Assembly (NCBI GenBank): GCA_963813075.1
Contig: CAWEXU010000004.1
Span: 192,001 to 256,000 of the forward strand
Length of the DNA stretch: 64,000 bases
From: Methanotrichaceae archaeon
Lineage (GTDB): Archaea; Halobacteriota; Methanosarcinia; Methanotrichales; Methanotrichaceae
Reading direction: 5' to 3'
Shown one piece after another: positions 29,412 to 39,639 of this stretch. How positions within the stretch are numbered: position 1 is the stretch's first letter; each line of letters begins with the position of its first letter. Below the pieces are notes generated by a model. It saw only the letters and a list, made by a program, of their open reading frames with translations. It did not search any database and was not told where the DNA came from. The position numbers were made by a program, and so were the translations under genes.

Positions 29412-30587
29412 CTATTGATATCTTTTATAAATTTCATTCAGATTCTGACGCTGTCTATCCCATTCGAACTGCCGGGCATAGTCAGAGATCGCCTCTCTAT
29501 CCCAATTTTTTTCCAGAGCTTCTGAAATTTTATTACATAAGTCTATGCTTAAATTGCTTTTGCATATGAGGCCATAATCATTCGAGGTGATGATCTCACA
29601 GACCCCGCCCACATTGGTGCTGACAAAAGGTATACCGCAGCCCAGGGCCTCGAACATGACGGTGGGATTCCCCTCATTCAGGCTTGCCAGCACAAATATG
29701 TCGCAGGCATTCATCCACAAAGGAAGCTCATCTCTGGGTTTTCTGCCCACGAGCTTTATGGATTCATCCAGACCGCATCTATCTATCTCCTCCTGCAGCT
29801 CGTTTCTGAGATTTCCTTCTCCGAGAATTATGCATAATATGTCCTTTGAAATCTTCACGAGCTCTCCGATGGCATGAATGAGATTCCTATGCCCTTTCAC
29901 CTTTACCAGGCTTCCAATGGATAGAATTATCCTCTTGCCCTCGGGCAAATTAAGTATCCTTCTGCAGGTCTTTTGATCGCGTGGATAAAAGCGTTTGCTG
30001 TCATATCCTGTTGGCAACACCTCCACCGGCCTTTTTATGTCCAATCTCCTTATGCATTCGGCGAGGCTGTTGCTGACGGTTATTATGCAATCAGATTCGT
30101 TTAATATCCCCCGGATCCTCTCTTTCCACAGGGGGCTCTTGAAGGGCAGGTCATATACATCATATCCATATCCTGAGACGATCAGTGGTATATGGTAGAT
30201 TTCCTTGAGCCGGGCACCCACATAGCCCGAGGTCCATACGAAATGAGAATGAATCAGGCTGGGCTGAAGCTTCTTCTGGCTGATCAATTTTGAAATTTTC
30301 CGATAATGCTTCTCGCCCAGGTGGCTGTATTGAGAGTCAATAGGTATAAAAAAGGCAGGTACGGTTGAGACGGATACATTCTCTGGCTTACCTGAATACT
30401 CTATCAGGGACTTCTTGGTAAAGAGGCTCAATTCGTGAATAGGCAGGTAATTGGATATCTCCGTTATTGGATTATGATAGACGAATACCTCAATTGAGTC
30501 GAAATTTCTGGATATAGACTCAATCTGATCTTTAACAAAATAGTTGTATATTGGGGTTATTGCTAATAGATTATTTTTATCTGGCAT
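29412..30587 (-). CDS. GT4 family glycosyltransferase
   Basis: KVKGH, DIFVLASLNEGNPTVMFEALGCGIPFVSTNVGG. Confidence 0.92.
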   Translation of the reverse strand: MPDKNNLLAITPIYNYFVKDQIESISRNFDSIEVFVYHNPITEISNYLPIHELSLFTKKSLIEYSGKPENVSVSTVPAFFIPIDSQYSHLGEKHYRKISKLISQKKLQPSLIHSHFVWTSGYVGARLKEIYHIPLIVSGYGYDVYDLPFKSPLWKERIRGILNESDCIITVSNSLAECIRRLDIKRPVEVLPTGYDSKRFYPRDQKTCRRILNLPEGKRIILSIGSLVKVKGHRNLIHAIGELVKISKDILCIILGEGNLRNELQEEIDRCGLDESIKLVGRKPRDELPLWMNACDIFVLASLNEGNPTVMFEALGCGIPFVSTNVGGVCEIITSNDYGLICKSNLSIDLCNKISEALEKNWDREAISDYARQFEWDRQRQNLNEIYKRYQ

Positions 30588-30632
30588 TATTTATACCTCG
30601 TAATAACTCTGCAAATGATCGAATGGATATCA

Positions 30633-31103
30633 TTACCCCAATTTTTCTATATATTTTTTAATATTTGTTAACAGGCTGTTTTCAGAATCAAAGTTATCGA
30701 TAGCCTTTGCCCCTAAAATTAGCTCCAGGTTGAGCGAATCGATATCTTTAACCAAATAGATCTTGTTTTGCCTCTGCAATTCCAGCGCCAAATCCAATTT
30801 ATTCTCGTACTTGCATTCGTTGAACTCCTTTAACCTTGGCACCACGATTGTGGTCTTCCTGTTCAGAAGGCAGTTGAGGATTGAGCCTGCCCCATCGTGG
30901 GTAATTACTATGCGGGATTGCTTGATCAGCTTTAGGATCTCTTCATAGCTGATAAAATCAAAGTATTCCGCATTTTTTGGACTATAATTTGTAGCTCCTT
31001 TTTGCATAATCATCTTTTCTTGAGTCTTTCCTGCGATGAGATCGCATTTTTCTATGAGCCTATCAAATCCCTGATTATGCATGCCCACGGTCACGAAGAT
31101 CAT
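30633..31103 (-). CDS. PssE/Cps14G (Alg13-like) glycosyltransferase subunit
   Basis: MIFVTVG...FDRLI, ITHDGAGSI, VVPRL. Confidence 0.88.
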   Translation of the reverse strand: MIFVTVGMHNQGFDRLIEKCDLIAGKTQEKMIMQKGATNYSPKNAEYFDFISYEEILKLIKQSRIVITHDGAGSILNCLLNRKTTIVVPRLKEFNECKYENKLDLALELQRQNKIYLVKDIDSLNLELILGAKAIDNFDSENSLLTNIKKYIEKLG

Positions 31104-31549
31104 ATTATGGCCCCTTCATATACCGCTTTTTTTCCGTACTTTGCAAGGAGCTGCGGCCATTGAACCAAAAAATGATCGGCGACTGGATAGACAATCCTGC
31201 CGGTAAGCGAGGGATTATTCACCCTCGCCCAGCTCTCTATGAAGATGATTTTTGCGGCAAGCAGCTTTCCTATATACAAAGCGGGGATGGCAATTTCCGA
31301 TCCATTGCTGACTATGAGGTCTGGCCTGTATCTTAAGAGGACTTTGAGGAAGACCATGGCCGCAATGAACATCTTTAGGGGGTTATATCCGATATTTTTT
31401 ACTAAATATTTTTCATAATCCAGTTCTCGCGTCCTTTTAGAGTCATATGTAAGAATTATAATATCGTTTCCTTTAAATGCATCCATCAGGTAGAGCATTT
31501 GAGTGAGATGTCCTCCATGGGAGCACACAATAGCTATCTTCATAGACAT
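31100..31549 (-). CDS. PssD/Cps14F (Alg14-like) glycosyltransferase subunit
   Basis: CSHGGHL, FIESWARV..PSLTG, FLVQWP. Confidence 0.9.
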   Translation of the reverse strand: MSMKIAIVCSHGGHLTQMLYLMDAFKGNDIIILTYDSKRTRELDYEKYLVKNIGYNPLKMFIAAMVFLKVLLRYRPDLIVSNGSEIAIPALYIGKLLAAKIIFIESWARVNNPSLTGRIVYPVADHFLVQWPQLLAKYGKKAVYEGAII

Positions 31550-31563
31550 TCTCTTTACTTATA

Positions 31564-32562
31564 TCATAAATTATCCAATAATTGACCCAGGCCCTCATCT
31601 ATAGCGGTGAAAGGTCTCCAGCCAAGGATGCCTTTGGCCTTTTCGATATTTGCATAGCAATCCATTATTTCATTTCTGCGCCTCTCTCCTTGATAGACTA
31701 CCCTGATCTTTGATCCATGCTCTGAGCCATGCTTGGAGCCATGCTCTGATCCACGCCCTAATCCACGCTCTGATCCATGTTCTGATCCATGTTCTGATCC
31801 ATTTTCTGATCCAAAATTTGATCCATACTTTGACTCATATATCCTTATGATTATATTTATTATCTCTCTGACGCTATAACTCTGTCCACATCCAATATTG
31901 AATATATCAAAATCGCCCTGGTATTCGCCTGCCTTGATATATGCATCGATCATGTCTGTAATATAGACGAAATCCCTTTTCGGCTCGGAATCTCTCAAAA
32001 CGACCTTTCCACTGGATAAGCTGGAGATGACCTTTGGGATCAGGAAATCGGATCTTTGACCAGGCCCATAGACATTGAATGGCCTGAGGATTACGCATTT
32101 TATTCCAAAATCATCGTGATATGATTTGCATAGCTCTTCTCCAATCAGCTTGCTCCTTGAATAGGGATTGGTTGGATCTGTGCAATGCTTTTCATCCACA
32201 GGCAGATATTGCGGCTGTCCGTAAACATATGAGCTAGCATATATTATTTTATCGATGTCATTCCGCCGGCAAGTCTCCAGTATGTTTAATGTGCCAAGAA
32301 CATTTGTCTCATAGGTCGCATGCGGATTTTCATAGGATGAATTCACGGACGTCTTGGCTGCCAGATGATATATCATATCTATGTCGCCAAGCTGGTCTAT
32401 CTTCCCCCTGATCAGATCCTTATTCCTGATGTCCAGGCGATTGCCATTGAGGTCCTTTAGCAGTATCAGCTCTGAATTCAGCTCTTTTAGAGCATTGACC
32501 AGATGTCTGCCTACGAATCCATTCTCCCCGGTTATTGATATTCTTTTTTCGCTAAGTCCCAT
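31564..32562 (-). CDS. NAD-dependent epimerase/dehydratase with a repeat insertion
   Basis: ITGENGFVG, YSRSK, RPFNVYGPGQ, RDFVYITD. Confidence 0.9.
   Translation of the reverse strand: MGLSEKRISITGENGFVGRHLVNALKELNSELILLKDLNGNRLDIRNKDLIRGKIDQLGDIDMIYHLAAKTSVNSSYENPHATYETNVLGTLNILETCRRNDIDKIIYASSYVYGQPQYLPVDEKHCTDPTNPYSRSKLIGEELCKSYHDDFGIKCVILRPFNVYGPGQRSDFLIPKVISSLSSGKVVLRDSEPKRDFVYITDMIDAYIKAGEYQGDFDIFNIGCGQSYSVREIINIIIRIYESKYGSNFGSENGSEHGSEHGSERGLGRGSEHGSKHGSEHGSKIRVVYQGERRRNEIMDCYANIEKAKGILGWRPFTAIDEGLGQLLDNL
31711..31833. repeat. About ten imperfect 12-bp tandem repeats (TGATCCATGYTC-like) encoding GSEH/GSKH units
   Basis: Visible in the DNA. Protein segment YGSNFGSENGSEHGSEHGSERGLGRGSEHGSKHGSEHGSK. 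Confidence 0.9.
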
Positions 32563-33274
32563 CTATGCTAACCCCTAGCTCGCGATATATTTTCTGAATA
32601 TCCTCATTGGCCCGGTCATAATCATCCGGTCTGCCGATATCCAGCCAATAGCCCTCATGAATAAAGCCATTAACCGTTTCCCCATCGGCCAACAATCTCT
32701 TCATCAAGTCCGGTATATCTAAATATTCATTTGAAGGTATATATTTCAGCACGCGCTCATTAAATGCGTAAACACCCATGCTTACCAGGTAATCGATCCT
32801 GGGCTTTTCAGTGTAGCCAATGAGCCTTCGGTCAGAATCCAGATTAACTACGCCAAAATCGATGTCAACGTGTCTTCGATTGAGAGCTATGGTCGCTATT
32901 GACCCTGTTCTCTTATGGAATGCCAGAAATTCCGAAAAATCCAGGCTTGTCAGGACATCTCCATTCATCACCAGGAAATCATCTTTCAGCTCATTTTTCA
33001 ATAGACCCAATCCGCCGGCCGTTCCAAGCTTCGTCTCCTCTCTTGAGTATTCTATCTTCAAGCCGTACTTGCTGCCGCTATTGAAGAAGGCCATTATCAA
33101 CTCTGCCAGGTGTCCGACTGCCATGGTGATCTCATCAAAGCCTTTGGCCTTCAATTGCCTGATGATTATCTCCAGGATTGGTGACTCGCCAATGGGCATC
33201 AGCGGCTTGGGAAATACGGTGGTATAGGGCCTCAGCCTCGTGCCCAACCCTCCCGCAAGGATTACAGCTTTCAT
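32552..33274 (-). CDS. Sugar-phosphate nucleotidyltransferase
   Basis: ILAGGLGTRLRPYT...PKPL, LGTAG, MNGDVLT, YWLDIGRPDDY. Confidence 0.92.
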   Translation of the reverse strand: MKAVILAGGLGTRLRPYTTVFPKPLMPIGESPILEIIIRQLKAKGFDEITMAVGHLAELIMAFFNSGSKYGLKIEYSREETKLGTAGGLGLLKNELKDDFLVMNGDVLTSLDFSEFLAFHKRTGSIATIALNRRHVDIDFGVVNLDSDRRLIGYTEKPRIDYLVSMGVYAFNERVLKYIPSNEYLDIPDLMKRLLADGETVNGFIHEGYWLDIGRPDDYDRANEDIQKIYRELGVSIDGT

Positions 33275-33281
33275 TTTTCTC

Positions 33282-34271
33282 CTAGCATTTAACTAATTTA
33301 ATCAAATTTTTATTCGCACGGACCCATTCTATTGTCTCCTGCAGGCCTTCATCTAAAGAGACTTGCGGACCCCAGTTCAGCAATCTCCTGGCTTTTGCAT
33401 TGTCGCACCACAATCTCTGTACCTCACTCTTTTGTGGCCTGACTCGCGAGGAATCCTGGATTATATCGATCTTCTTATCCAATAAGGACGAGATCTTCCC
33501 GGCCAGGTCACCCATGGACACCTCAAAATTCGATCCGATATTGATGACCTCTCCAATCGACCTATCTGATTCTGCTACTTTGATAAATCCATTTACGGTA
33601 TCTTTGACATAGGTATAATCGCGGGTAGGGAACAGGGATCCCAATTTTATGGTCTCTTGCTGTATGGCTTGAGTGATGATGGTAGGGATTATCGCTCTCG
33701 TAGACTGCCTGGGCCCATATGTATTAAAAGGTCTGATTGTTGCCACAGGAAGGTCAAAAGCACAGTAGAAGCTCTCCGCTATTTTATCCGCCCCGATCTT
33801 GCTGGCAGAGTAGGGAGATTGACCCTGCAGTGGGTGTTTTTCATCTATTGGAACATATAATGCCGTGCCATATACCTCGCTGGATGATGTATGGACGATC
33901 TTCTCCACACCCAGATCTCTTGCTGCCGTTAGCACATTTAATGTACTTGATATATTATTTTCTATAGTATCTCTGGGCCTATTGTATGAGTAAGGAATAG
34001 AGATCAATGATCCAAGATGAAATATAACATCAACATCTTTAGCCGCGCCAAGTACTGCATCGTAATCCTTAAGGTCTCCTGAAACGATCTGGAGGGAATC
34101 AAGCATATGTCGTGGGAGTATCTCCAGCAATCCCCAATCATTCCTCGAGTTGTATCTCAAAAAGCCTTTTACTTCAGCGCCCAGATCAACGAGGCGCTCA
34201 ATCAGATGGCTCCCTATAAAGCCTCCGGCTCCTGTAACTAATACTTTCTTTTTGCTCCAGTGATAGTCCAT
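33282..34271 (-). CDS. NDP-sugar 4,6-dehydratase (LegB-like SDR)
   Basis: VTGAGGFIGSHL, YNSRNDWG, ISIPYSY, QGQSPYSASKIGAD, RPFNTYGPRQS. Confidence 0.88.
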   Translation of the reverse strand: MDYHWSKKKVLVTGAGGFIGSHLIERLVDLGAEVKGFLRYNSRNDWGLLEILPRHMLDSLQIVSGDLKDYDAVLGAAKDVDVIFHLGSLISIPYSYNRPRDTIENNISSTLNVLTAARDLGVEKIVHTSSSEVYGTALYVPIDEKHPLQGQSPYSASKIGADKIAESFYCAFDLPVATIRPFNTYGPRQSTRAIIPTIITQAIQQETIKLGSLFPTRDYTYVKDTVNGFIKVAESDRSIGEVINIGSNFEVSMGDLAGKISSLLDKKIDIIQDSSRVRPQKSEVQRLWCDNAKARRLLNWGPQVSLDEGLQETIEWVRANKNLIKLVKC

Positions 34272-34451
34272 TCTATAGCCTCTAGTTTATTCATTATCTA
34301 AACTATATAGTCTCACTATATATTCTTACTATATATCTCACTAAATTATCCTTTGATGGCAATCTCATTTTCCATAGGCAATATTTATAGCCTCTGTGTA
34401 CGCCCTCAGCTAGCGATTATCCTTGACGGCAACCATATCTCGTGCTCAGTA

Positions 34452-34485
34452 ATCGGGCCTTTATGGATATCGGGCCTTTATGGAT
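34452..34485. repeat. Perfect 17-bp tandem duplication ATCGGGCCTTTATGGAT x2
   Basis: Seen directly in the intergenic DNA. Confidence 0.85.
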
Positions 34486-34544
34486 ATTATAGTTGTGAAC
34501 CAAAGATCGAAACATATTTGTCGCTCAAAATAAGCCTTAACACG

Positions 34545-36074
34545 TCAAATATTGGTTTGCATCTTTTTTGCATAAATAAAAACTTTTTCAGAATTTAAAA
34601 TTTTATTTATTTTTTCATTATTTTCTAATAAATGCTCGTTGACCTTCCAGGGCACAATCTGGATCCAATTACCGACATTTAAAGCATTTAAATCGTTATT
34701 TATTATAAAATAATCATTGGAGCTATATTCTGTTCTTTTTATGAGAAAAGCTACATCATTTTCATCCAATGTTTGAAAATTCTGAGTTCTGTAGGACATG
34801 ATATAGTAATTCTTCGTCAGCTCATCGCTTCTCATCTGAGTTCCGCTTGTCTCTTCTTTGCACCAAGATAATGGCAGACTAAGATAATTGAATTTATCTA
34901 AATCTTTATTGGAAAGGTCCTCATTATATATCAAGATGTGATAGATGGGATTCATGGCCAATAGGATGATTATCCCAGCAATTGCCCATTTTTTTATAGA
35001 TCCGCCATTGCCGTACATCCAGGCTATGCTGAAGACGGCAGGATAATAAAAAAAACCGATTTCCACATGCCCTATCATGAGGCGAATTACCGCCCAAATC
35101 ACCATTGACGAGAGTATTGATATTATAAATATTGAGTGTATTTTATATCGAGTGTTGACTGAAGTTATGAAATGAATTAAAAACAGCGTAAGAAAAACCA
35201 GAAGAATGCCATATTTAACATAGCCATAGTAGGTAATGGATTGGGGATAATGAAGATATATATCTCTTAGAATATTATCCTGAGCATTGGCGGAAAAATA
35301 GGATAGCACGAATTTATCCAGTACAGACAGTGTAAATGAATCTGAAGATTTTAATGCATTAATAAAATTATTGTAAACAAATTCTGTAAGCCCCAGCTCG
35401 GCAATGATCAGCAAAATCAATAATTTTATCGATTGATGCTGTCGGTAATCCAGATTATTTCTGCTTAAATGCGCGGGATTATTAAATATCATTGAGTAGA
35501 TTATAAATGACGATAAAAATAGCAGATAAGTGAAAATCACGTCATATGATGTAAATACCAGAGAAATTCCTACGATCACTGCCAGCAGATGATATTGCCA
35601 GACAGATCTATCTTTGCCGGAAAAGATCAATAAGAATAATATCAATAAAGCGAAATATAATATACTGCCTATACCATGCGGCCAGAAAAAGATCCTTTGG
35701 GTGCCAGTGAATCCCGTTGTCAACTCAGTAATCGAGATTAAGCTCGCTAAAAAATAGCTATTGGAAATTTTCAGCAATAAGACAAAGAAAAGCACAGTAT
35801 AGGGGATCAGTTGGATTGGAGAAAATAATAAAAAACGGCTGCTTTCGCCCAGCATCAGTGCCAGCTCAGAACCCAATAAGTGGAAAGAGGGAACGGTATT
35901 TCTATATGCATCCAGCAAGAATCCTTTTTCCATCGTTTCATCTATTGCGCTTATTTGAAGCGGCGCAAAAGCATCTATTGAGCTGTTAAAATGCAGGAGA
36001 ATATAAATGTAAGATACTGCAAACGCAATGATATATATCTTTTTAATTCTCATATCACGAAAAGCGATTGGCAT
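34545..36074 (-). CDS. AT-rich polytopic membrane protein (possible glycan polymerase or GT-C)
   Basis: Many hydrophobic segments, located inside the glycan cluster. Function is inferred from context only. Confidence 0.6.
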   Translation of the reverse strand: MPIAFRDMRIKKIYIIAFAVSYIYILLHFNSSIDAFAPLQISAIDETMEKGFLLDAYRNTVPSFHLLGSELALMLGESSRFLLFSPIQLIPYTVLFFVLLLKISNSYFLASLISITELTTGFTGTQRIFFWPHGIGSILYFALLILFLLIFSGKDRSVWQYHLLAVIVGISLVFTSYDVIFTYLLFLSSFIIYSMIFNNPAHLSRNNLDYRQHQSIKLLILLIIAELGLTEFVYNNFINALKSSDSFTLSVLDKFVLSYFSANAQDNILRDIYLHYPQSITYYGYVKYGILLVFLTLFLIHFITSVNTRYKIHSIFIISILSSMVIWAVIRLMIGHVEIGFFYYPAVFSIAWMYGNGGSIKKWAIAGIIILLAMNPIYHILIYNEDLSNKDLDKFNYLSLPLSWCKEETSGTQMRSDELTKNYYIMSYRTQNFQTLDENDVAFLIKRTEYSSNDYFIINNDLNALNVGNWIQIVPWKVNEHLLENNEKINKILNSEKVFIYAKKMQTNI

Positions 36075-36164
36075 ATATCAAACACGATTTATCTATTCAA
36101 TCTGCTGCCCCCAATCGAGGGGCACTTATCTATCATGAGCACTTATCTATTTCGGGCACTCATT

Positions 36165-37238
36165 TTAATCAACCGGATTATGCAGCAGTCGATCTGATAT
36201 CTGCAGCAGTCTGTTCTCGATCCGTTTCTGATATGACGTTCTTACGGCCTTAAGGCAGGCGTAATTCCAAATATATATCATATTGCACAGCCTTATAATC
36301 AGGACGTCCAATTTATATCTTGTTAACTGATCATCCGGGATCTTATCATATAAGGAACCAATGAGCAGGTGGGAATTTCCTTTAACCGGCGTGATTTCAT
36401 CGGTAAGGCCGTGTACCATCGCCAGTATTTTATTGTATAAATATTCCACACCCCCCCTTGATGCATAGCCAAAGGTCAGCATTTCTGTAAGCAAAAGGGA
36501 TGGACTGAGAAGGAGGAGACAATTGGTGGAGAGGTATTTTCTCAATATCGTGTATCTTCCCTTCTCCAGGTAATATAATTTTTTAGGAGTCATCTTTAAT
36601 ATGTAATCATGCTTGACCACCGATAAAGGAGTATACAGGATTTTAAATCCATTCAGATTGGCTCTCCAGGAAAGATCGGCATCTTCATTGTACATGAAAA
36701 ATCTTCTGTCAAACCCCCCCAGGCTCAAATAGTGATCCCGTCTTATGGCAAATGAACAGCCAGAGATGCCGCTAATTCGCTTTTTGCAGGATTGCATGTC
36801 TGAAGCATCACCCAATCCCCTGGTAAATGAGAGGCCTGAAAAATGATTTATGGCACCACAGGTGTTTATAATGTCGCCGTTATAGGTTAATATCTTGGGC
36901 GTGGTGATGATTTTGTCGGTATTTTTTAAGGGCTTGATAAGCTCTCTGAGCCACCCCTCTTCCACAATTGTATCCGGATTGAGTATCACGATGTACTCGC
37001 CAATGGCATGTTTTACTCCCTCATTATTTCCGGCCCCGTAGCCTGCATTTTCCCCATTCTCAATCAATCTGACATGAGGATATTTATTTTTTAATATATT
37101 GCAACTGTTATCTGTAGAATTATTATCAACAGCAACGATCTCATGAGGATAATCTTGTTTCATTATAGAATCGATACATGCTTCAATATAACGGCCGCTA
37201 TTGTAAAGAACGACAATTACGCTGGCTAATTCATCCAT
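36165..37238 (-). CDS. GT2 family glycosyltransferase
   Basis: SVIVVLYNS, VDNNSTD, NAGYGAGNN, ILNPDT, FFMYNEDADLSWR. Confidence 0.92.
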   Translation of the reverse strand: MDELASVIVVLYNSGRYIEACIDSIMKQDYPHEIVAVDNNSTDNSCNILKNKYPHVRLIENGENAGYGAGNNEGVKHAIGEYIVILNPDTIVEEGWLRELIKPLKNTDKIITTPKILTYNGDIINTCGAINHFSGLSFTRGLGDASDMQSCKKRISGISGCSFAIRRDHYLSLGGFDRRFFMYNEDADLSWRANLNGFKILYTPLSVVKHDYILKMTPKKLYYLEKGRYTILRKYLSTNCLLLLSPSLLLTEMLTFGYASRGGVEYLYNKILAMVHGLTDEITPVKGNSHLLIGSLYDKIPDDQLTRYKLDVLIIRLCNMIYIWNYACLKAVRTSYQKRIENRLLQISDRLLHNPVD

Positions 37239-37283
37239 ATGTCCGGTATACCTCCTTGTGTATCTTTCTTTTTTGTATTGTTT

Positions 37284-38219
37284 TCAATTATTCCCCTCCG
37301 TAACTCCTCCTCCCTGTGCCAGTAGCTCCCTTTTGAACTCGTGCATAACCCGCGACAGTATATGCAGAATCATTCCTGTGAGCGCCAGGAAAGATCCAAG
37401 CAGCATCAGCAAAATCATTAGCAGCGTTGGGCCGTACTGCAGGCTACCGCCGTGAGCAAACGTCCTGAGGAACTCCAGTGCCATCAGTATTCCCGCCCCC
37501 GCCATCAGAGATCCTGGGAGGGTGAAATAGATGAGCGGTTTTCGCAACTGCATGTCGTGCAGGACATTAAAAAGAACCCGAAGTCCATGGACCACAGGGT
37601 TTTCTGATGAGCCATTCACATCGTAGCGCACCCCGATCTCCACCTCCTGGATGCGCAGGCCTGCAGCAGCGGCGTCGGCCAGCATCTCGCTCTCTATGGC
37701 CAGGCCCTTCTGCTCGAAACGGAATATTCCTTTGGTCCGACCGGCAAAAGCCCTGAATCCGCTCTGGGTATCGGTTATTGAGAGGCCGCAACCTATGTTG
37801 GTGGCCAGGTCAAGCACCTTCTGGCCCATGCGACGGTATACTGGCGTATCTTTCTTATTCCCGTTCAGGTAGCGGCTGCCGTTGACCATATCCGCATCAC
37901 CCTCTAAAATGGGACTCACCAGGCGAGGGATGTCCTCAGGGTCATGCTGTCCGTCGGTATCTATAGTGACAATAACCGCATCGCCGTTGAGGGAAGCAAA
38001 ACCAGTCTTCAGAGCCGCACCCTTTCCAAGGTTCATCTCATGGCGCAGCACCTGAGCACCTGCCAGGGCGGCAACCTCTGCCGTGCGGTCCATGCTGCCG
38101 TCATCTATCACTATTACCCGGTCTGCGTATTTGAGTGTGCGCAGGACAATGCTGCCTATTGACACCTCCTCGTTGTAGGCCGGCAATATGGCTGTAATCT
38201 CCCCCACCAAACTCTCCAC
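37284..38219 (-). CDS. GT2 polyprenol-phosphate glycosyltransferase-like protein with two C-terminal TM segments
   Basis: LPAYNEE, IDDGSMD, GKGAAL, DTDGQHDP, TDTQSGFRA. Confidence 0.9.
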   Translation of the reverse strand: MESLVGEITAILPAYNEEVSIGSIVLRTLKYADRVIVIDDGSMDRTAEVAALAGAQVLRHEMNLGKGAALKTGFASLNGDAVIVTIDTDGQHDPEDIPRLVSPILEGDADMVNGSRYLNGNKKDTPVYRRMGQKVLDLATNIGCGLSITDTQSGFRAFAGRTKGIFRFEQKGLAIESEMLADAAAAGLRIQEVEIGVRYDVNGSSENPVVHGLRVLFNVLHDMQLRKPLIYFTLPGSLMAGAGILMALEFLRTFAHGGSLQYGPTLLMILLMLLGSFLALTGMILHILSRVMHEFKRELLAQGGGVTEGNN

Positions 38220-38472
38220 CCCACTCCTGCTATGTAATAATAAAATGGACCATTCCTGTATAGTGATTCGACCAATAAATCCTGCAAATATTTAGCAGCA
38301 TAATCAGCAAACTATTGCAGGTCCAAAGGCATATAAAAACGCTTTGGATATCATTTTCTATAGCATACGCTATGGGGCCAGTGCCTCCTATCATGCATCA
38401 ATTCAGCTACTGGCCAGATCACGATACTGATTCGATGTAGACATTGATATTTTGCAATTTTAAGAAAAAAAA

Positions 38473-39639
38473 TTACGCTTCTGCCTCGCCCATAAGCCTG
38501 TCCACCAACCATTCGGGCTCGAACTTCACCAGGTCGGGATAGGTCTGTCCCACGCCAAGGAAGAGCACCGGCTTGCCGGTTATATAAGCAATGGATATGG
38601 CAGATCCGCCTTTGGCATCGGCATCGGTCTTGGTGAGGATCGATCCATCGATGGGCACTGACTCATTGAAAAGGCGAGCCCTTTCCACGGCATCGTTGCC
38701 TGCTATTGCCTCATCCACGAATATCAATAGATCTGGATTGGTGACCCGGACGATCTTTCTCATCTGATCCATGAGGTTGATGTTGGTGTGCAGCCTCCCG
38801 GCGGTGTCTGCCAAGACGACATCTTTGTTATGAGCCCGAGCATACTCGATGGCATCGAAGATAACTGCTGCCGGATCTCCGCCCGTCTTGTGCTTGACCA
38901 CCTTCAGACCCAGGTTCCCGCCGTGCACCTCCAATTGTTCAATGGCTCCCGCCCGGAAGGTATCGCCAGCGGCAAGGACTACTGAGTAGCTCTGATCCAG
39001 GAGGTACTTGGCCACCTTGGCGATGCTGGTCGTCTTGCCGGTGCCGTTCACACCCACGAACAGTATCTTGACCGGCTTATCCTTCGTCCGGATGAACTCA
39101 TCGAAGTCCAGGTAGTTCCTGGATAGAAGTCTTATCAGCGCATTTCTGAGCGAGTCCTCCGCCAGCTGGCCGGTGTCCGCACCGATCTTCCTTTTCTTCC
39201 CAACAAGATCGGACTTGACCTCTCTTACGATCTCCTCGGCCACCGGAAGGGCGACATCGCTTTCCATGAGGGCCATCTCCAGCGCCCACATGGGCTCTTC
39301 CAGGTCCTTCTCCTCTAAGATTATCTCCTGTTCGAAGACCAGTGTCTTGGCCTTCTGTAAAAATGAGAACCTGCCTTTTTTGTTTTTGGCCTCTCCATTG
39401 CCAGAGGGTTGGGCCAGGGGCCCGTTTTGCAAAGAGCTCGAGGATGCTGCCTTTTGGGGTTCCTCTGATTTCGAATCCTTCTTGCCAGCAGCTGGGGCCT
39501 CCAATGCAGGCCTTTCTTCAGCTTTAATCTCCTCGGGACCCGGTTCTCTTTTCGCTCCCGAGGCCGAGACCTTCTCTGCGATCTTTGTGGATAAGGCCTC
39601 CTTATAGCTCGCGAGCTTCTCCTTAAACCGGTTAAACAA
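38473..39639 (-). CDS. ftsY: SRP receptor FtsY
   Basis: GVNGTGKTT, DTFRAGA, DTAGR, TKTDADAKGG, GVGQ. Start set at TTG (MFNRFKEKL). Confidence 0.96.
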   Translation of the reverse strand: MFNRFKEKLASYKEALSTKIAEKVSASGAKREPGPEEIKAEERPALEAPAAGKKDSKSEEPQKAASSSSLQNGPLAQPSGNGEAKNKKGRFSFLQKAKTLVFEQEIILEEKDLEEPMWALEMALMESDVALPVAEEIVREVKSDLVGKKRKIGADTGQLAEDSLRNALIRLLSRNYLDFDEFIRTKDKPVKILFVGVNGTGKTTSIAKVAKYLLDQSYSVVLAAGDTFRAGAIEQLEVHGGNLGLKVVKHKTGGDPAAVIFDAIEYARAHNKDVVLADTAGRLHTNINLMDQMRKIVRVTNPDLLIFVDEAIAGNDAVERARLFNESVPIDGSILTKTDADAKGGSAISIAYITGKPVLFLGVGQTYPDLVKFEPEWLVDRLMGEAEA

